A stretch of DNA of 64,000 bases from IMG/VR virus record IMGVR_UViG_3300012928_002096, positions 1,549 through 65,548 of that record. One strand, given 5' to 3'. Below are positions 18,743 through 28,552 of the stretch, one piece after another (position 1 is the first letter of the stretch; the number at the start of each line of letters is the position of its first letter). The notes under the pieces were generated by a model that ran no database searches, was not told the origin of the DNA, and saw nothing but the letters and a program-made list of their open reading frames with translations. The position numbers were made by a program, and so were the translations under genes. This DNA is from a virus.

Positions 18743-20673
18743 AGACCAAATTTACCAGATATATTACTGCTAAAAGGTTTCTCACTTTTCCATAATGGAC
18801 TATGCAAATATTTGTTTGTACTATCCCAAACACTATCATCTTCATCAAAATTTATTTCTGGAGAAACAGTGATAGTTCCTTGCATAGAACTATGGTTGCC
18901 ACAAATGTAATAAAAAGTTCCTGGTAATGTTGGTGTCCATTGTACGCCATTACCGCCGTATGAACCTTGACCTGTTGCGGCCGGAGTTGATACTTGATCG
19001 CCAGTACCAGTAGTTGCAGCATCTTTTATGTATATTGGATGTGTAACCCCTGCATTGTTTGTAATAGTAAGCGTATCTCCTACTTGTACAGCAATACTAT
19101 CATTATTACCTGATACACTACCATTTCTATCTGTTCCACTCATTACATATGCACTTGCTCCACTGTTTGTAGCAGTGATTGCATAAGATTCTGGTGTTGT
19201 TTTATCTGTGTATAGCTGATCACTTTTTGCATTTGCTTCAATATATGTTTTCATTTGTGCTGGTGTCATACCTGGATTTGCTTCTAATATACACGCAACC
19301 ATACCAGCAACTTGTGGTGATGCCATACTAGTACCTGATATTTTCATTAACTTATAATTGCTGTCTAATGGTGAATCAGGTCCGCCATATGTGCTGTATA
19401 ATGCACTTGTACCACCGTTATCAGTTGAACCTACACTTATAATTTCTGTACCTGGAGCAAATATATTTACACCCGGTCCTGCACAACTTGATTCGGCTTT
19501 TTGCTCTTTACTACCTGTATATGTATAATCTACATTTCCTACCATAAATGCATTTTCACTAAAAGGTGAACTACCGCGGAAGATAAATTCTTGAGAGCCA
19601 CTTCCAAATGCACACGTATCATCATAATGTGGGCCACTTGCTTTATCTATGTAATAATAACTGTTTCCTGCTGCTATACAAAATATAATACCAGCATCTA
19701 AACATTCTTGTAAGTCTGTATCTACACTAGCAACACGAACATTTATTCTTCTGTTTAGACCTATTACAGGCACAACACCTACATTAGCCCAAAGATTATT
19801 ACTACTGCTGCCATAATCTGAATAACTCCAACTGTTACCTAAAAAGGAACCACTAGCTGGTGTGCTTCTATTACCACCATAACCCCAACTTGCATTTACA
19901 ACTGTTGGACGTTTGAATCCTGTCTTAGGATCTATAGGCTTGTTGTTATGCCATCCTTTGATAACATCAAAACAATTAGTTACACTAATACCAGTACCCG
20001 AATCTCCTGTGCCTTCTAAACCAGCTACTTTTACAGAATATATGTGTGCATCTTTAGCCCAACCTTGTGTGCGGCCTGCTACTGTACCTGCACAATGACT
20101 TCCGTGACTGTCATAGTCTCTATAATGGTTAGCACTTTGTGATCCTGCAAGTCCACTTTCTGCGTACCAATCGATTTGCTTTACTCTGCTTATACCTGCA
20201 CTATCTGTAAATTCAGGATGATCAACTTGTAGTCCGCTGTCTTGTATTACAACGTCTACACCTTTTCCTGTAAGTGTATAATTAAATTGCTCTGTAATTG
20301 TTGCTGTACCATCAAAAACATCAAAGCCTTTAGCACATCTTATCAAACCCCAATTTAAATCGTTTGAGTTTCCGCTTTGAGTATTCTTTTTCCAATTAGC
20401 ACCACCTTGAAATGCATTAAACCCAATATCTATATCTTCTCTATCTTGTGGTGGTATTTGTACATCTACTACCCTATTATCACCTCTAAGTGCAGTAGCT
20501 TCTGCATCTGTTAATGCATAGTGTGTATTTCTTTGACTTAACGGTCTTGCATTTGCAACGTCTACTGTTCTATTTGGTATATCTCCAGCACCAGTTGATG
20601 CTATCATTTCTGCATTAAATGCATCGTAGTCTACACCTGCTTTAAGTGTGACAATATACTCTTTCTCGCTCAT
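18739..20673 (-). CDS. Subtilisin-like S8 serine protease with C-terminal cupredoxin-like domain
   Basis: Triad IQDSG / HGSHCAG / GTSMASP; HP...YYICGNHSSM type-1 Cu ligands. Confidence 0.9.
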   Translation of the reverse strand: MSEKEYIVTLKAGVDYDAFNAEMIASTGAGDIPNRTVDVANARPLSQRNTHYALTDAEATALRGDNRVVDVQIPPQDREDIDIGFNAFQGGANWKKNTQSGNSNDLNWGLIRCAKGFDVFDGTATITEQFNYTLTGKGVDVVIQDSGLQVDHPEFTDSAGISRVKQIDWYAESGLAGSQSANHYRDYDSHGSHCAGTVAGRTQGWAKDAHIYSVKVAGLEGTGDSGTGISVTNCFDVIKGWHNNKPIDPKTGFKRPTVVNASWGYGGNRSTPASGSFLGNSWSYSDYGSSSNNLWANVGVVPVIGLNRRINVRVASVDTDLQECLDAGIIFCIAAGNSYYYIDKASGPHYDDTCAFGSGSQEFIFRGSSPFSENAFMVGNVDYTYTGSKEQKAESSCAGPGVNIFAPGTEIISVGSTDNGGTSALYSTYGGPDSPLDSNYKLMKISGTSMASPQVAGMVACILEANPGMTPAQMKTYIEANAKSDQLYTDKTTPESYAITATNSGASAYVMSGTDRNGSVSGNNDSIAVQVGDTLTITNNAGVTHPIYIKDAATTGTGDQVSTPAATGQGSYGGNGVQWTPTLPGTFYYICGNHSSMQGTITVSPEINFDEDDSVWDSTNKYLHSPLWKSEKPFSSNISGKFGL

Positions 20674-20682
20674 TTAGGCTCC

Positions 20683-22806
20683 TTAGTGTAAGTCTACCCA
20701 AGCACCGTTTGCATATCCTTGGAATTTATTTGTAGTGGTATTATAAACCATATCACCATTTGCAGATGCTAATGCATCACGTTCTGTTGTTGTGAATGAT
20801 GCAAATCTTACTGGCGATTGTGTAATTACTACTGCATTACCTGCTGTCAAGTTTAAATTACTTGCCGCAGTTATTTCTGGCGTACCTGTGCTTGTGCTTT
20901 CAAAACGGTCTGCAATAACAGCATTGGTAACTGTTAAATTGTTTTCAACTGTAAGATCACTTTGACAAGTTACTGCTGGAATAATTACCATACCACTTGA
21001 ATCGTTTGTATCAACAGTTGATCCTGTGAAATCGTAGTTTCCTAAGGCAGCTGGTTGCAGTGCTGAATCAGCTTTTGTACCTTGAGCACTTGTAGCAGCA
21101 TCTGTAATGCCGTAACCTGCTAGTGTAGTTGGTGTACTAGTTACACCTGACCAAGCAACTCCACCTGCTGTACCGCTTACATTACCTGTTACGTCACCTG
21201 TAAGTGTGCCAGTGATTGTTACACCATTAGTGGTTGTTTGTAATTTTGAACTACCGTTGTAATATAATCTAACACCACCATCTTCTGTAGCATCTATTTG
21301 TACTTCATCATTTGCAGCATTTTTTATTTCTAGTAAATTTGATAAAATTTGTAATCCGCCATCACCAGCATCTTTAATTACACTTGCTGTGCCTGTGTGA
21401 TAAATTTGTAAATCATCGCCTGCACCAAATATTAATGTATCGTCAGAACCTGGACTTGCAGCATCACCAAACTTAATGTTGTAAGTTCCTGTTGTCATAT
21501 TGCCGCCAAGCACTGGACTTGTATCGCCTGAAAGTTCAGTTACACCAGTAACTGTAATGTCACCTTCTGCATTACTTGAAGTGCTTATATTTCCTGCACC
21601 AAGTATTTTAAAACTTTCTCCGCTATTGATTAATCTAATAGCACTATCGTCTGCACCAACACCAATGTTGCCAATGCCTCCGCCCGAACCACCTGATCCT
21701 ACAACGTCTACATCATTTACCCACGCACTACCGTTATATTTTAAAACTTGTCCAGCTTGTGGAGTACCAATAGTTACATTTCCTAAATCAGAAAGTGTGT
21801 TAGGTGCTAAGTTTACTTTACCTGCTACACCATCAACTAATATTGTTGAATCATCAGCTACAACTGTACCTGTTATAGAGGCTGCTTCTAAGTTGCCTGA
21901 AAAAATACCATCGCCTCTTACATCTAATGCTTTTAGTGGTTGATCCGTTTTAATACCTAAATAACCAAAACGGTTGAAAACCATTGCATTGTCTGTGCCT
22001 GTACCACCTGATTCGTTGTATGTTAAAAATACAATTCTACCTGGCATAATACCATCAGCAATAGCAGTGGTATACTTGTCAGCACCCATTTTAATTATAG
22101 CTGAGTTAGTGTAAGAATCTCCGTCATAGCCTTTTGAAATAAAGTTATATACTGTATCACCTGCTGTCAATACTGTTTTATTTGCAATAGTACCATTATG
22201 TCCTCTTGCTTCTAATGCTACACCATTTGTACTTGTTATAGTTGAATCAACAATAATATTTGCACTATCGCTACTTAATGTAAGCGCACCACCTGAAAAT
22301 GTATTGCTTGTTACATCAACCATTACATTGTTTAAGGAGTTAAAAACTGATGCTAGTACTTTATTATTGTTTCCGTCTACTAATACTGTGGAATCGTCAC
22401 CATATACACTACCTGATAAATCACCATCAAAACTACCGTTAAATAAGTTTGCAGCCATTGAGGTTGCATTTACATAACCACCTGCATCAATATTTAAGTT
22501 AACATCTATACTTCCGGTTGCGTTAATATTGCCTGTAGTATCAATATCGCCAGTACCAGTTATATCAAAGCTATTTAAATCAAGGTTGCCACCTAACTGT
22601 GGAGTTGTGTCGTCTACTACATCGCCTCCGCCGCCACCGCCGCCGGATCCTGATGATACTTGATTACCACCAACAGTCGTTCCGTCACCTACCCAAAGCG
22701 GTCCTACACTAGCGCCTGAATAGTCTGTAACGTAAATTAATTCACCTAATTCTGGGGTATAAGACAAACGCTCAGCATTAGTACCTCTTTTAATTCTCAA
22801 AGCCAT
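20683..22806 (-). CDS. Tail-fibre-like virion structural protein
   Basis: N-terminal RIKRGT...GELIYVTD...VGDG (Mtd_N-like), Gly linkers, repeated DDSTxLVDG and DTxPxLGGN modules, C-terminal GDMVYNTTTNKFQGY. Confidence 0.75.
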   Translation of the reverse strand: MALRIKRGTNAERLSYTPELGELIYVTDYSGASVGPLWVGDGTTVGGNQVSSGSGGGGGGGDVVDDTTPQLGGNLDLNSFDITGTGDIDTTGNINATGSIDVNLNIDAGGYVNATSMAANLFNGSFDGDLSGSVYGDDSTVLVDGNNNKVLASVFNSLNNVMVDVTSNTFSGGALTLSSDSANIIVDSTITSTNGVALEARGHNGTIANKTVLTAGDTVYNFISKGYDGDSYTNSAIIKMGADKYTTAIADGIMPGRIVFLTYNESGGTGTDNAMVFNRFGYLGIKTDQPLKALDVRGDGIFSGNLEAASITGTVVADDSTILVDGVAGKVNLAPNTLSDLGNVTIGTPQAGQVLKYNGSAWVNDVDVVGSGGSGGGIGNIGVGADDSAIRLINSGESFKILGAGNISTSSNAEGDITVTGVTELSGDTSPVLGGNMTTGTYNIKFGDAASPGSDDTLIFGAGDDLQIYHTGTASVIKDAGDGGLQILSNLLEIKNAANDEVQIDATEDGGVRLYYNGSSKLQTTTNGVTITGTLTGDVTGNVSGTAGGVAWSGVTSTPTTLAGYGITDAATSAQGTKADSALQPAALGNYDFTGSTVDTNDSSGMVIIPAVTCQSDLTVENNLTVTNAVIADRFESTSTGTPEITAASNLNLTAGNAVVITQSPVRFASFTTTERDALASANGDMVYNTTTNKFQGYANGAWVDLH

Positions 22807-22855
22807 ATGAAACTTCTCCTACAGTATTACTTTAAAGTATTTATCTCATATTTAA

Positions 22856-23149
22856 TTATTTGTTAAGCTTTAAAAAACGCTTTGTGCGTTTAGAGACATC
22901 TTTTTGAAGGCGCTTGGTATCTAGTCTAAAATCAACAGTATCTATTTTGTCATTGTATTCATCTAAGAATGAAGCAATAGTATCTGATGGATCCTCTACA
23001 TTTTTATTGTTATGTACATCAATTTCCCAAACTTTTTGGTCAAGAAAGGTTACAATTACTGTAGAAACGTATTCAATAGGGAGGTAATCATAATTGACTT
23101 CATCTAAAATTTCCTCCCAATAGTCGGTATCACTTGGTTCTTTAGGCAC
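22856..23149 (-). CDS. Hypothetical acidic protein
   Basis: ORF track 22856-23236; probable GTG start at 23149 overlapping the upstream stop. Confidence 0.6.
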   Translation of the reverse strand: MPKEPSDTDYWEEILDEVNYDYLPIEYVSTVIVTFLDQKVWEIDVHNNKNVEDPSDTIASFLDEYNDKIDTVDFRLDTKRLQKDVSKRTKRFLKLNK

Positions 23150-23747
23150 TTTCGGTTTTCTTTGCGGCTTTACGTTTAGTAGGAACAAGTTCTTCTGCTT
23201 GCTCTCTAAGTGCCTTTGCTTCTTTAAAAAGTGCATCAGCTTGTGATCTATATTGTGCCGCTAAGTCTTCGTTACTCATTACTCCGTCAGTAGAAACTTC
23301 TTCAGTGTATACAGCTGATGGATCAACTGTTTCTTTTGTGTCAGGTACAGTTTCGCCATCTGGGCCTTTTAGAGCTAAATCGGCTACTGTTACACCTTTT
23401 TGTTCAGCAATAATTTTATTCAATTCGTCTAAAGATATTGCATCAGAATTTGTTGGTGTCATTTCAACAATACTAGTTTCAACTTTTCTAAGTTTGCCTG
23501 TAGTATGAAATCCTGCTAACATATTTCTACCATCTGGTAGCATAGCTCTCGCCATTGCTTCACCAAACTCATATGCTTCTTGTCCGGCAGCTGATTCAAC
23601 TGCGGTAATTAGTGCATCGTGTTCCTCTGCACTTAAATTTTCTGTTTGACAAACCAAACAATTTTCTGGTTCGCCTGGAACAACTCTATAAGCTACTATA
23701 ACTTTTCGCTTATTAGATTTAATTCTTCCTACGTGTTTAAGAGCCAT
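23142..23747 (-). CDS. Hypothetical phage protein
   Basis: MALKHVGRIK... start at 23747 after a GGAGG RBS; coiled C-terminus. Confidence 0.75.
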   Translation of the reverse strand: MALKHVGRIKSNKRKVIVAYRVVPGEPENCLVCQTENLSAEEHDALITAVESAAGQEAYEFGEAMARAMLPDGRNMLAGFHTTGKLRKVETSIVEMTPTNSDAISLDELNKIIAEQKGVTVADLALKGPDGETVPDTKETVDPSAVYTEEVSTDGVMSNEDLAAQYRSQADALFKEAKALREQAEELVPTKRKAAKKTESA

Positions 23748-24003
23748 CTTCCGCCTCCGTTGTTGGTGCTGTTGGTGCTGCCGCAGCCGCTTTCTCTGCA
23801 GATTCAGCCGCTTCTTTAGCTTGTTTTGCTTGTTCTTCAACAGCTTTTAAGAAACCATCAAGCTTATTATAAAGAGCTCCGACATTTGCGAGCTCATTTG
23901 CTTTGAATGTTCCTCGTTCAGTAGAGAGCTCAATTACAGCTCTTGCTAATGCTAGATCTTGAATGTTTAGTTCATTTGGATCTGGTTGTGTTTGTTCAGT
24001 CAT
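23737..24003 (-). CDS. Small coiled-coil hypothetical protein
   Basis: 88 aa, AGGAG RBS upstream. Confidence 0.7.
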   Translation of the reverse strand: MTEQTQPDPNELNIQDLALARAVIELSTERGTFKANELANVGALYNKLDGFLKAVEEQAKQAKEAAESAEKAAAAAPTAPTTEAEDGS

Positions 24004-24040
24004 TACTCTTTTACTCCTTGTATAATATATATTTTCTTGA

Positions 24041-24316
24041 CTATCTTGTATACTTCAAATGTGGACAAGCTAACATAAAAAAGCTCATCTCTTTGGATAA
24101 TTCAAATCCAACTGTTGTTACACTTGAAATTGTATCGTTTTGTATAGATACATTTTCTCCTAAAAAGTATCTTCCTGTTAAATTATCTTCAATCCAATCA
24201 GAAAGAACTGCTTCTATGTTATAGGTTTTTTCCAAGTCAACAGTCTCGAAAGTAGGAGGGCAAAAGTTTACCCTCCTTATACCTAAAACATCTAGTGGAT
24301 TGGTTTTAACCTTCAC
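24041..24316 (-). CDS. Hypothetical protein
   Basis: 91 aa, start overlaps the upstream stop (GTGA). Confidence 0.65.
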   Translation of the reverse strand: MKVKTNPLDVLGIRRVNFCPPTFETVDLEKTYNIEAVLSDWIEDNLTGRYFLGENVSIQNDTISSVTTVGFELSKEMSFFMLACPHLKYTR

Positions 24317-25635
24317 GCAGCCTCCTCATAATGTGCAGTCATACCAAAAGGACCTTCTAAGTTTTTATCGTGATGACTATGAATAACAAATAATGTATCA
24401 CAGTAATTAGGATCTCCCCAACTATCCCAAGCATAGCCATCTGTAAACATAATAAATTTCTTAGGCTCAATGCCTTGATCCTTCATATATGTCCAATTTA
24501 CTTCAAAGTCAGTGCCGCCACCACCTTTAACTTCATAGTCACTGATATCGTCTCCGTCATCTGAACTATAAAATGCTTCATTATATACCTTAGTATCAAA
24601 ACACCATATTGTAATTTTGTAATCTTTGTACTCGTCCATAATACCTTTAACTTCACTTAAGAAGTCTTTAGCTTGCTTATCACCTATACTACCTGACATA
24701 TCAATACTAATACAAAGATCAATAGTTTCTTCAAAGTTCATACCTGGAAGTATAGCACCACTTTGCCAACCTTTGCGATTTGGTCTTACAAAAGTGTAAT
24801 CACTTTTAATTGTGCTTTGAATCTGCTGACGTAGTAACTGACGCCAATTCATTTTAGGCTCAGTAAGTTCTTTTATCATACGTGTAATTTCAGCTGGAGT
24901 ATTACCAGCACCTGCTGCCTGTGCGGCCGCCATCACTGCTTCTTTTATTTCGTCTTTAATTTTTTGCTTTTCGCCTTCAGATAATGTTTGACCTTTTCCT
25001 TTGCCTTTACCATCATCGTTGCCTTCACCGTTGCTTGCTGGCCCTTCGCCCCACTCAAAATGCTCATCTAACATTTCACCTAATTGTTCAATGTCAATTT
25101 TTTCTGCATCTTGGTACAATTGGTCGTATACTTCTTCACTAGTCCAATCTAAGTATTTGAAGTCTTGGAAACATTCTACTAGCTTTGGCTTCATACCAAT
25201 TCTATCTCTAACTAGAATATTGTTAACAATATAATCACAAGCAACATTGTAAAGATAAGGATTACGATCTTCTCTTCTTGTAAGATGATCAAATACCATA
25301 TGTAAAATTTCGTGTGCGATAACAAATTCTATTTCTTTGTTATCCATTGCATTAAAAAACTGTGTATTGAAGTATAAGTTTTTACCATCTACTGCCGCAG
25401 TAGGAATAGTTTCGTCTGCCGCAACAATTCGTAAACGTGTTGCCATATTACCGAAAAAAGGATGCCTTAGAAGCAACCCAACTCTTGCAGTAATAATTCT
25501 ATCTAGTACAACCTTTTGCATTTCTTCTAATGCTTCTGGTGTAATATTAGGATCTGGTTCCCAATTCTTTAGTTTGCTTGCAGTTTTTTCTGTAGACATT
25601 TTCATTGCTACATAGTGCGGCATAAAATCTAACAT
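24313..25635 (-). CDS. DUF2201-type metallopeptidase + vWA domain protein (MoxR partner)
   Basis: TAAVDG, FVIAHEILH (HExxH), IDMSGSI MIDAS, GGGTDF, FTDG. Confidence 0.88.
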   Translation of the reverse strand: MLDFMPHYVAMKMSTEKTASKLKNWEPDPNITPEALEEMQKVVLDRIITARVGLLLRHPFFGNMATRLRIVAADETIPTAAVDGKNLYFNTQFFNAMDNKEIEFVIAHEILHMVFDHLTRREDRNPYLYNVACDYIVNNILVRDRIGMKPKLVECFQDFKYLDWTSEEVYDQLYQDAEKIDIEQLGEMLDEHFEWGEGPASNGEGNDDGKGKGKGQTLSEGEKQKIKDEIKEAVMAAAQAAGAGNTPAEITRMIKELTEPKMNWRQLLRQQIQSTIKSDYTFVRPNRKGWQSGAILPGMNFEETIDLCISIDMSGSIGDKQAKDFLSEVKGIMDEYKDYKITIWCFDTKVYNEAFYSSDDGDDISDYEVKGGGGTDFEVNWTYMKDQGIEPKKFIMFTDGYAWDSWGDPNYCDTLFVIHSHHDKNLEGPFGMTAHYEEAA

Positions 25636-25665
25636 AGTTGTCCTCTTTTTATCAGTGCTGTAATA

Positions 25666-25694
25666 GTTATAACATTATTTAATATGATTGTCAA
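25666..25694 (-). promoter_or_regulatory. sigma70-type (early) promoter with extended -10
   Basis: Minus strand TTGACA-N17-TATAAC, TG at -15/-14, upstream of the vWA gene. Confidence 0.75.
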
Positions 25695-25707
25695 CCTTTA
25701 AATAGAA

Positions 25708-25735
25708 TAGTGGACAGTACGAATACTGCCCACTA
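25708..25735 (-). terminator. Intrinsic terminator hairpin with UUCG loop
   Basis: Minus strand TAGTGGGCAGTA-TTCG-TACTGTCCACTA then TTCTATTT, just after the MoxR stop. Confidence 0.7.
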
Positions 25736-25744
25736 GTTATTGGC

Positions 25745-26833
25745 TCAAGCGTTTTGAGCAGCCTTGATATACTTGCCATATCGCGAGTGAAACTCATCAA
25801 AACAAGCAACTTCATCAGGATCAATTGGAAGATTGTATTGTGTAAGAGCAAGCTTTATACCCATTACAACTAATTCAGTCTCAAAATTATCCATTGCAAA
25901 CCTTAAAAAGTTATCAACTTTTTTGTCGAACTTCTTGTCATTTGCATCACTTGCTTCTTTAAGCTCATAACAAAGAGACACAGTTAAGGAATACATTGCA
26001 CTGATTTCCTGTGTTTTTATCTCTTTTACCTTGCCATCTAAAATATCGGATGGATTAGGCATACTTCCCGCAATCTTACGATGAGCCATAAATTTTACAG
26101 CCAAACCTTCACCTACAGCACCAGCAACAAGGTCTGTAGTTGTAGATTCATCTGAATCATCTTCGTCTAGTAGTTCAGAAACAAACGACCAACTACGTGG
26201 CGTTGCAAAAGAACGACTTGGCGATTTAGGATCAAAATCATAAAGATCCTGTTTTGCAAATTGCAAGTAGCCAACAACATCTTTGTGTTGCTTGTTGTCA
26301 ACTGCCCACTCAAACCAATCATCAAACAATACTGAAAGTTCTAAGTGTATAAAGCGATTTGCAAGCGGAGCAGGCATTCGATACGTAACACCTTTGTCTG
26401 CTTCGCGGTTACCAGCGGCAACGATAATAACGTTGTCTGGTAATTTGTATTGTCCTACTCGACGATTTAGAATCAACTGATATGCTGCCGCTTGTACAGC
26501 AGGAGGAGCTGAGTTCATCTCGTCAAAGAATACAACAATGTTATCATATGCTTTTGCGAATTCTTCGTCTGGCAATTCGCTAGGTGCGCCCCACACCATT
26601 TTGCCTTGGTTAGCATCAAAGTACGGAATACCTTTGATGTCTGTTGGTTCCCACAGCGATAATCTAATATCAATTAGATGGCTGTTTTTCATACTATCAG
26701 TAATCTGCCTAATAATATCAGACTTACCAATACCTGGAGGACCCCATAAAAACACAGGTCGCTTCTTTTTAAATGCCCGATAAATGCTTTTCTTAGCTCG
26801 ATTCGGACTAACTTGTCTTGTCATTGTATCCAT
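25745..26833 (-). CDS. MoxR-like AAA+ ATPase
   Basis: Walker A GPPGIGKS, Walker B FFDEMN, AAGNR, LANRF, TPRSW. Confidence 0.92.
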   Translation of the reverse strand: MDTMTRQVSPNRAKKSIYRAFKKKRPVFLWGPPGIGKSDIIRQITDSMKNSHLIDIRLSLWEPTDIKGIPYFDANQGKMVWGAPSELPDEEFAKAYDNIVVFFDEMNSAPPAVQAAAYQLILNRRVGQYKLPDNVIIVAAGNREADKGVTYRMPAPLANRFIHLELSVLFDDWFEWAVDNKQHKDVVGYLQFAKQDLYDFDPKSPSRSFATPRSWSFVSELLDEDDSDESTTTDLVAGAVGEGLAVKFMAHRKIAGSMPNPSDILDGKVKEIKTQEISAMYSLTVSLCYELKEASDANDKKFDKKVDNFLRFAMDNFETELVVMGIKLALTQYNLPIDPDEVACFDEFHSRYGKYIKAAQNA

Positions 26834-26873
26834 TTTGTATTTCCTTGTTTGTTTGTATCAGTGCTTATACGTT

Positions 26874-26902
26874 ACATTAACATTTATTTGTTGCAGTGTC
26901 AA
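26874..26902 (-). promoter_or_regulatory. sigma70-type promoter
   Basis: AAAGG-TTGACA-N17-TAATGT upstream of MoxR. Confidence 0.6.
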
Positions 26903-26907
26903 CCTTT

Positions 26908-27303
26908 TTATATATCTTTATATTCAACAACTGCTGAAAGCTCGTCTACAAGAGCTTTACCATAATCTGTAAACAAGATACCTTGCTCCCATACAAAATG
27001 CTCTACATCTTGTATATGATAAAAAGTTTCTTGTTGTGCAATCCAACGGAGTGCTGTTGTACGATCGCCTGCACCAAGATTTATCACATCTTGCACACGG
27101 TCTTCAAATCGTGCAACACAGGCTGCTTCACGAATTTTCTCTTCAGCCATATTTTGCTCAAGAGTTTTGCAGTACTCATCCCAAGTTTTCTGCTTTTCTG
27201 CAGGAGTACAGTTATTCCAGTCTGCGTAAAAAGCTTCACGTGGACGGACACCATACACTTCTTTGTGTAAGTCTGAAATAGTATCTTCACAGTATGTAAA
27301 CAT
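26908..27303 (-). CDS. Hypothetical early protein
   Basis: 131-aa ORF with its own promoter and AGAGGG RBS. Confidence 0.75.
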   Translation of the reverse strand: MFTYCEDTISDLHKEVYGVRPREAFYADWNNCTPAEKQKTWDEYCKTLEQNMAEEKIREAACVARFEDRVQDVINLGAGDRTTALRWIAQQETFYHIQDVEHFVWEQGILFTDYGKALVDELSAVVEYKDI

Positions 27304-27339
27304 TTGAAAGCCCTCTTTGCTTTATTGCCCTATATATAC

Positions 27340-27368
27340 AATATAAGACATCTTTACACAAAGGTCAA
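27340..27368 (-). promoter_or_regulatory. sigma70-type promoter
   Basis: AAAGG-TTGACC-N17-TATATT. Confidence 0.6.
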
Positions 27369-27595
27369 CCTTTTTTCTTTAATTTTATTAAAAAACTTCC
27401 TGGATTATATTTTTGTTGATTACATTCTCTAACAAATGGATGATTACTTGCCCAAGTAGGAAATTCTCTCATCATAGCACCTTGGCCTGTGATTACAATA
27501 CATTGTCTATGTCCAAGATAATATGCTTGATCAACGGATTTTTTAAATTTACGCCAACCTTCGTGTATGTGAGCACCGTGTAAATCAATCCTCAT
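27365..27595 (-). CDS. Stand-alone Smr/MutS2 domain protein
   Basis: IDLHG, IVITGQG, NPGS motifs. Confidence 0.85.
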   Translation of the reverse strand: MRIDLHGAHIHEGWRKFKKSVDQAYYLGHRQCIVITGQGAMMREFPTWASNHPFVRECNQQKYNPGSFLIKLKKKG

Positions 27596-27968
27596 TTTGT
27601 CTTTTCATTGCTTTTGTAAGGCCGTACTTACGCAAATCACCACTAAACAATGTTAATTCAACTGCTTTCTTCTCATTTGTAACCGTTATGCTTCTATTTG
27701 TCAAATAATAAGGGCAATCGATAAACTTATCTAAAAATATTATAATTTGTGTTGTTAAAGGCATTTCACGTGGATATGGAATATCATATGTTGTTAGTCC
27801 TAATTCTTGTATTGCTTCATACCCTTCATCTGTTAAACGAAGTCCGCCTACTTCTTTATTTCTAGTATTATACCACCAAATATGTAAGTGTTCTTGTACT
27901 GAAATATCATTATAAGTTTTGCCTAATTCTTTTAGGAAAATTTTTGTGTATGTAATTTTATTAGACAT
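27585..27968 (-). CDS. Hypothetical protein (winged-helix-like segment possible)
   Basis: 127-aa ORF, GGLRLTDEG motif. Confidence 0.7.
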   Translation of the reverse strand: MSNKITYTKIFLKELGKTYNDISVQEHLHIWWYNTRNKEVGGLRLTDEGYEAIQELGLTTYDIPYPREMPLTTQIIIFLDKFIDCPYYLTNRSITVTNEKKAVELTLFSGDLRKYGLTKAMKRQNED

Positions 27969-28252
27969 TAGTCAATTTGTTCACCTTCGACTAATTTTAC
28001 TACTGTAAATTCATCTGTTTTGAACATTTCATTTAATTTCTTTGATAGATTAAATGCGTGACCTGGATTTGAAAAACTAGTTTTTTTATACTTTGGACCA
28101 GGGTAATTAGTTAAAGAATTACTACTTTTTAAATTAAATGGTTTATTTTTGTAAAACACAGCCCATATTGCATCTGCTTCTAAAACCTGCTCACATTTGT
28201 ATGTAACACTATTTGTAAATTCTAATAATACATTTGGCTTGGGTCTGCTCAT
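27968..28252 (-). CDS. Hypothetical protein
   Basis: 94 aa, GAGGA RBS, GATAAATA upstream. Confidence 0.75.
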   Translation of the reverse strand: MSRPKPNVLLEFTNSVTYKCEQVLEADAIWAVFYKNKPFNLKSSNSLTNYPGPKYKKTSFSNPGHAFNLSKKLNEMFKTDEFTVVKLVEGEQID

Positions 28253-28309
28253 ATGCGTATCCTCTTAGTTATATACGCATATATTTATCCTTTTTAAACT
28301 ATAGTTTAA

Positions 28310-28552
28310 TTATTTCCAGTCGGAATCAGCACCTATTACTACTTCAATATCTCCAATATCACCGCCTGCATTTTCTTTTACAAACTTTTCTAAATCACCA
28401 TTCATTCTTGCCATAACAATTCCTAAAGTAAATGCAAGATTTTTTGCTTGATTCATATCTAAACGTAATTCTCTTGCTCTGCTTGATTCTGCAGATTTAA
28501 CTTGCTGAATAAATTGTTGTATGCTACTGGTATTTAGAGGCTCTATTGACAT
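28310..28552 (-). CDS. Hypothetical protein
   Basis: 80-aa ORF coupled to the upstream gene. Confidence 0.65.
   Translation of the reverse strand: MSIEPLNTSSIQQFIQQVKSAESSRARELRLDMNQAKNLAFTLGIVMARMNGDLEKFVKENAGGDIGDIEVVIGADSDWK

Noticed and set aside
20683-22806. Mtd_N-like start suggesting a diversity-generating retroelement target
   Set aside because: No reverse transcriptase, no TR/VR repeat pair with adenine-specific differences and no C-type-lectin-like C-terminus in the window
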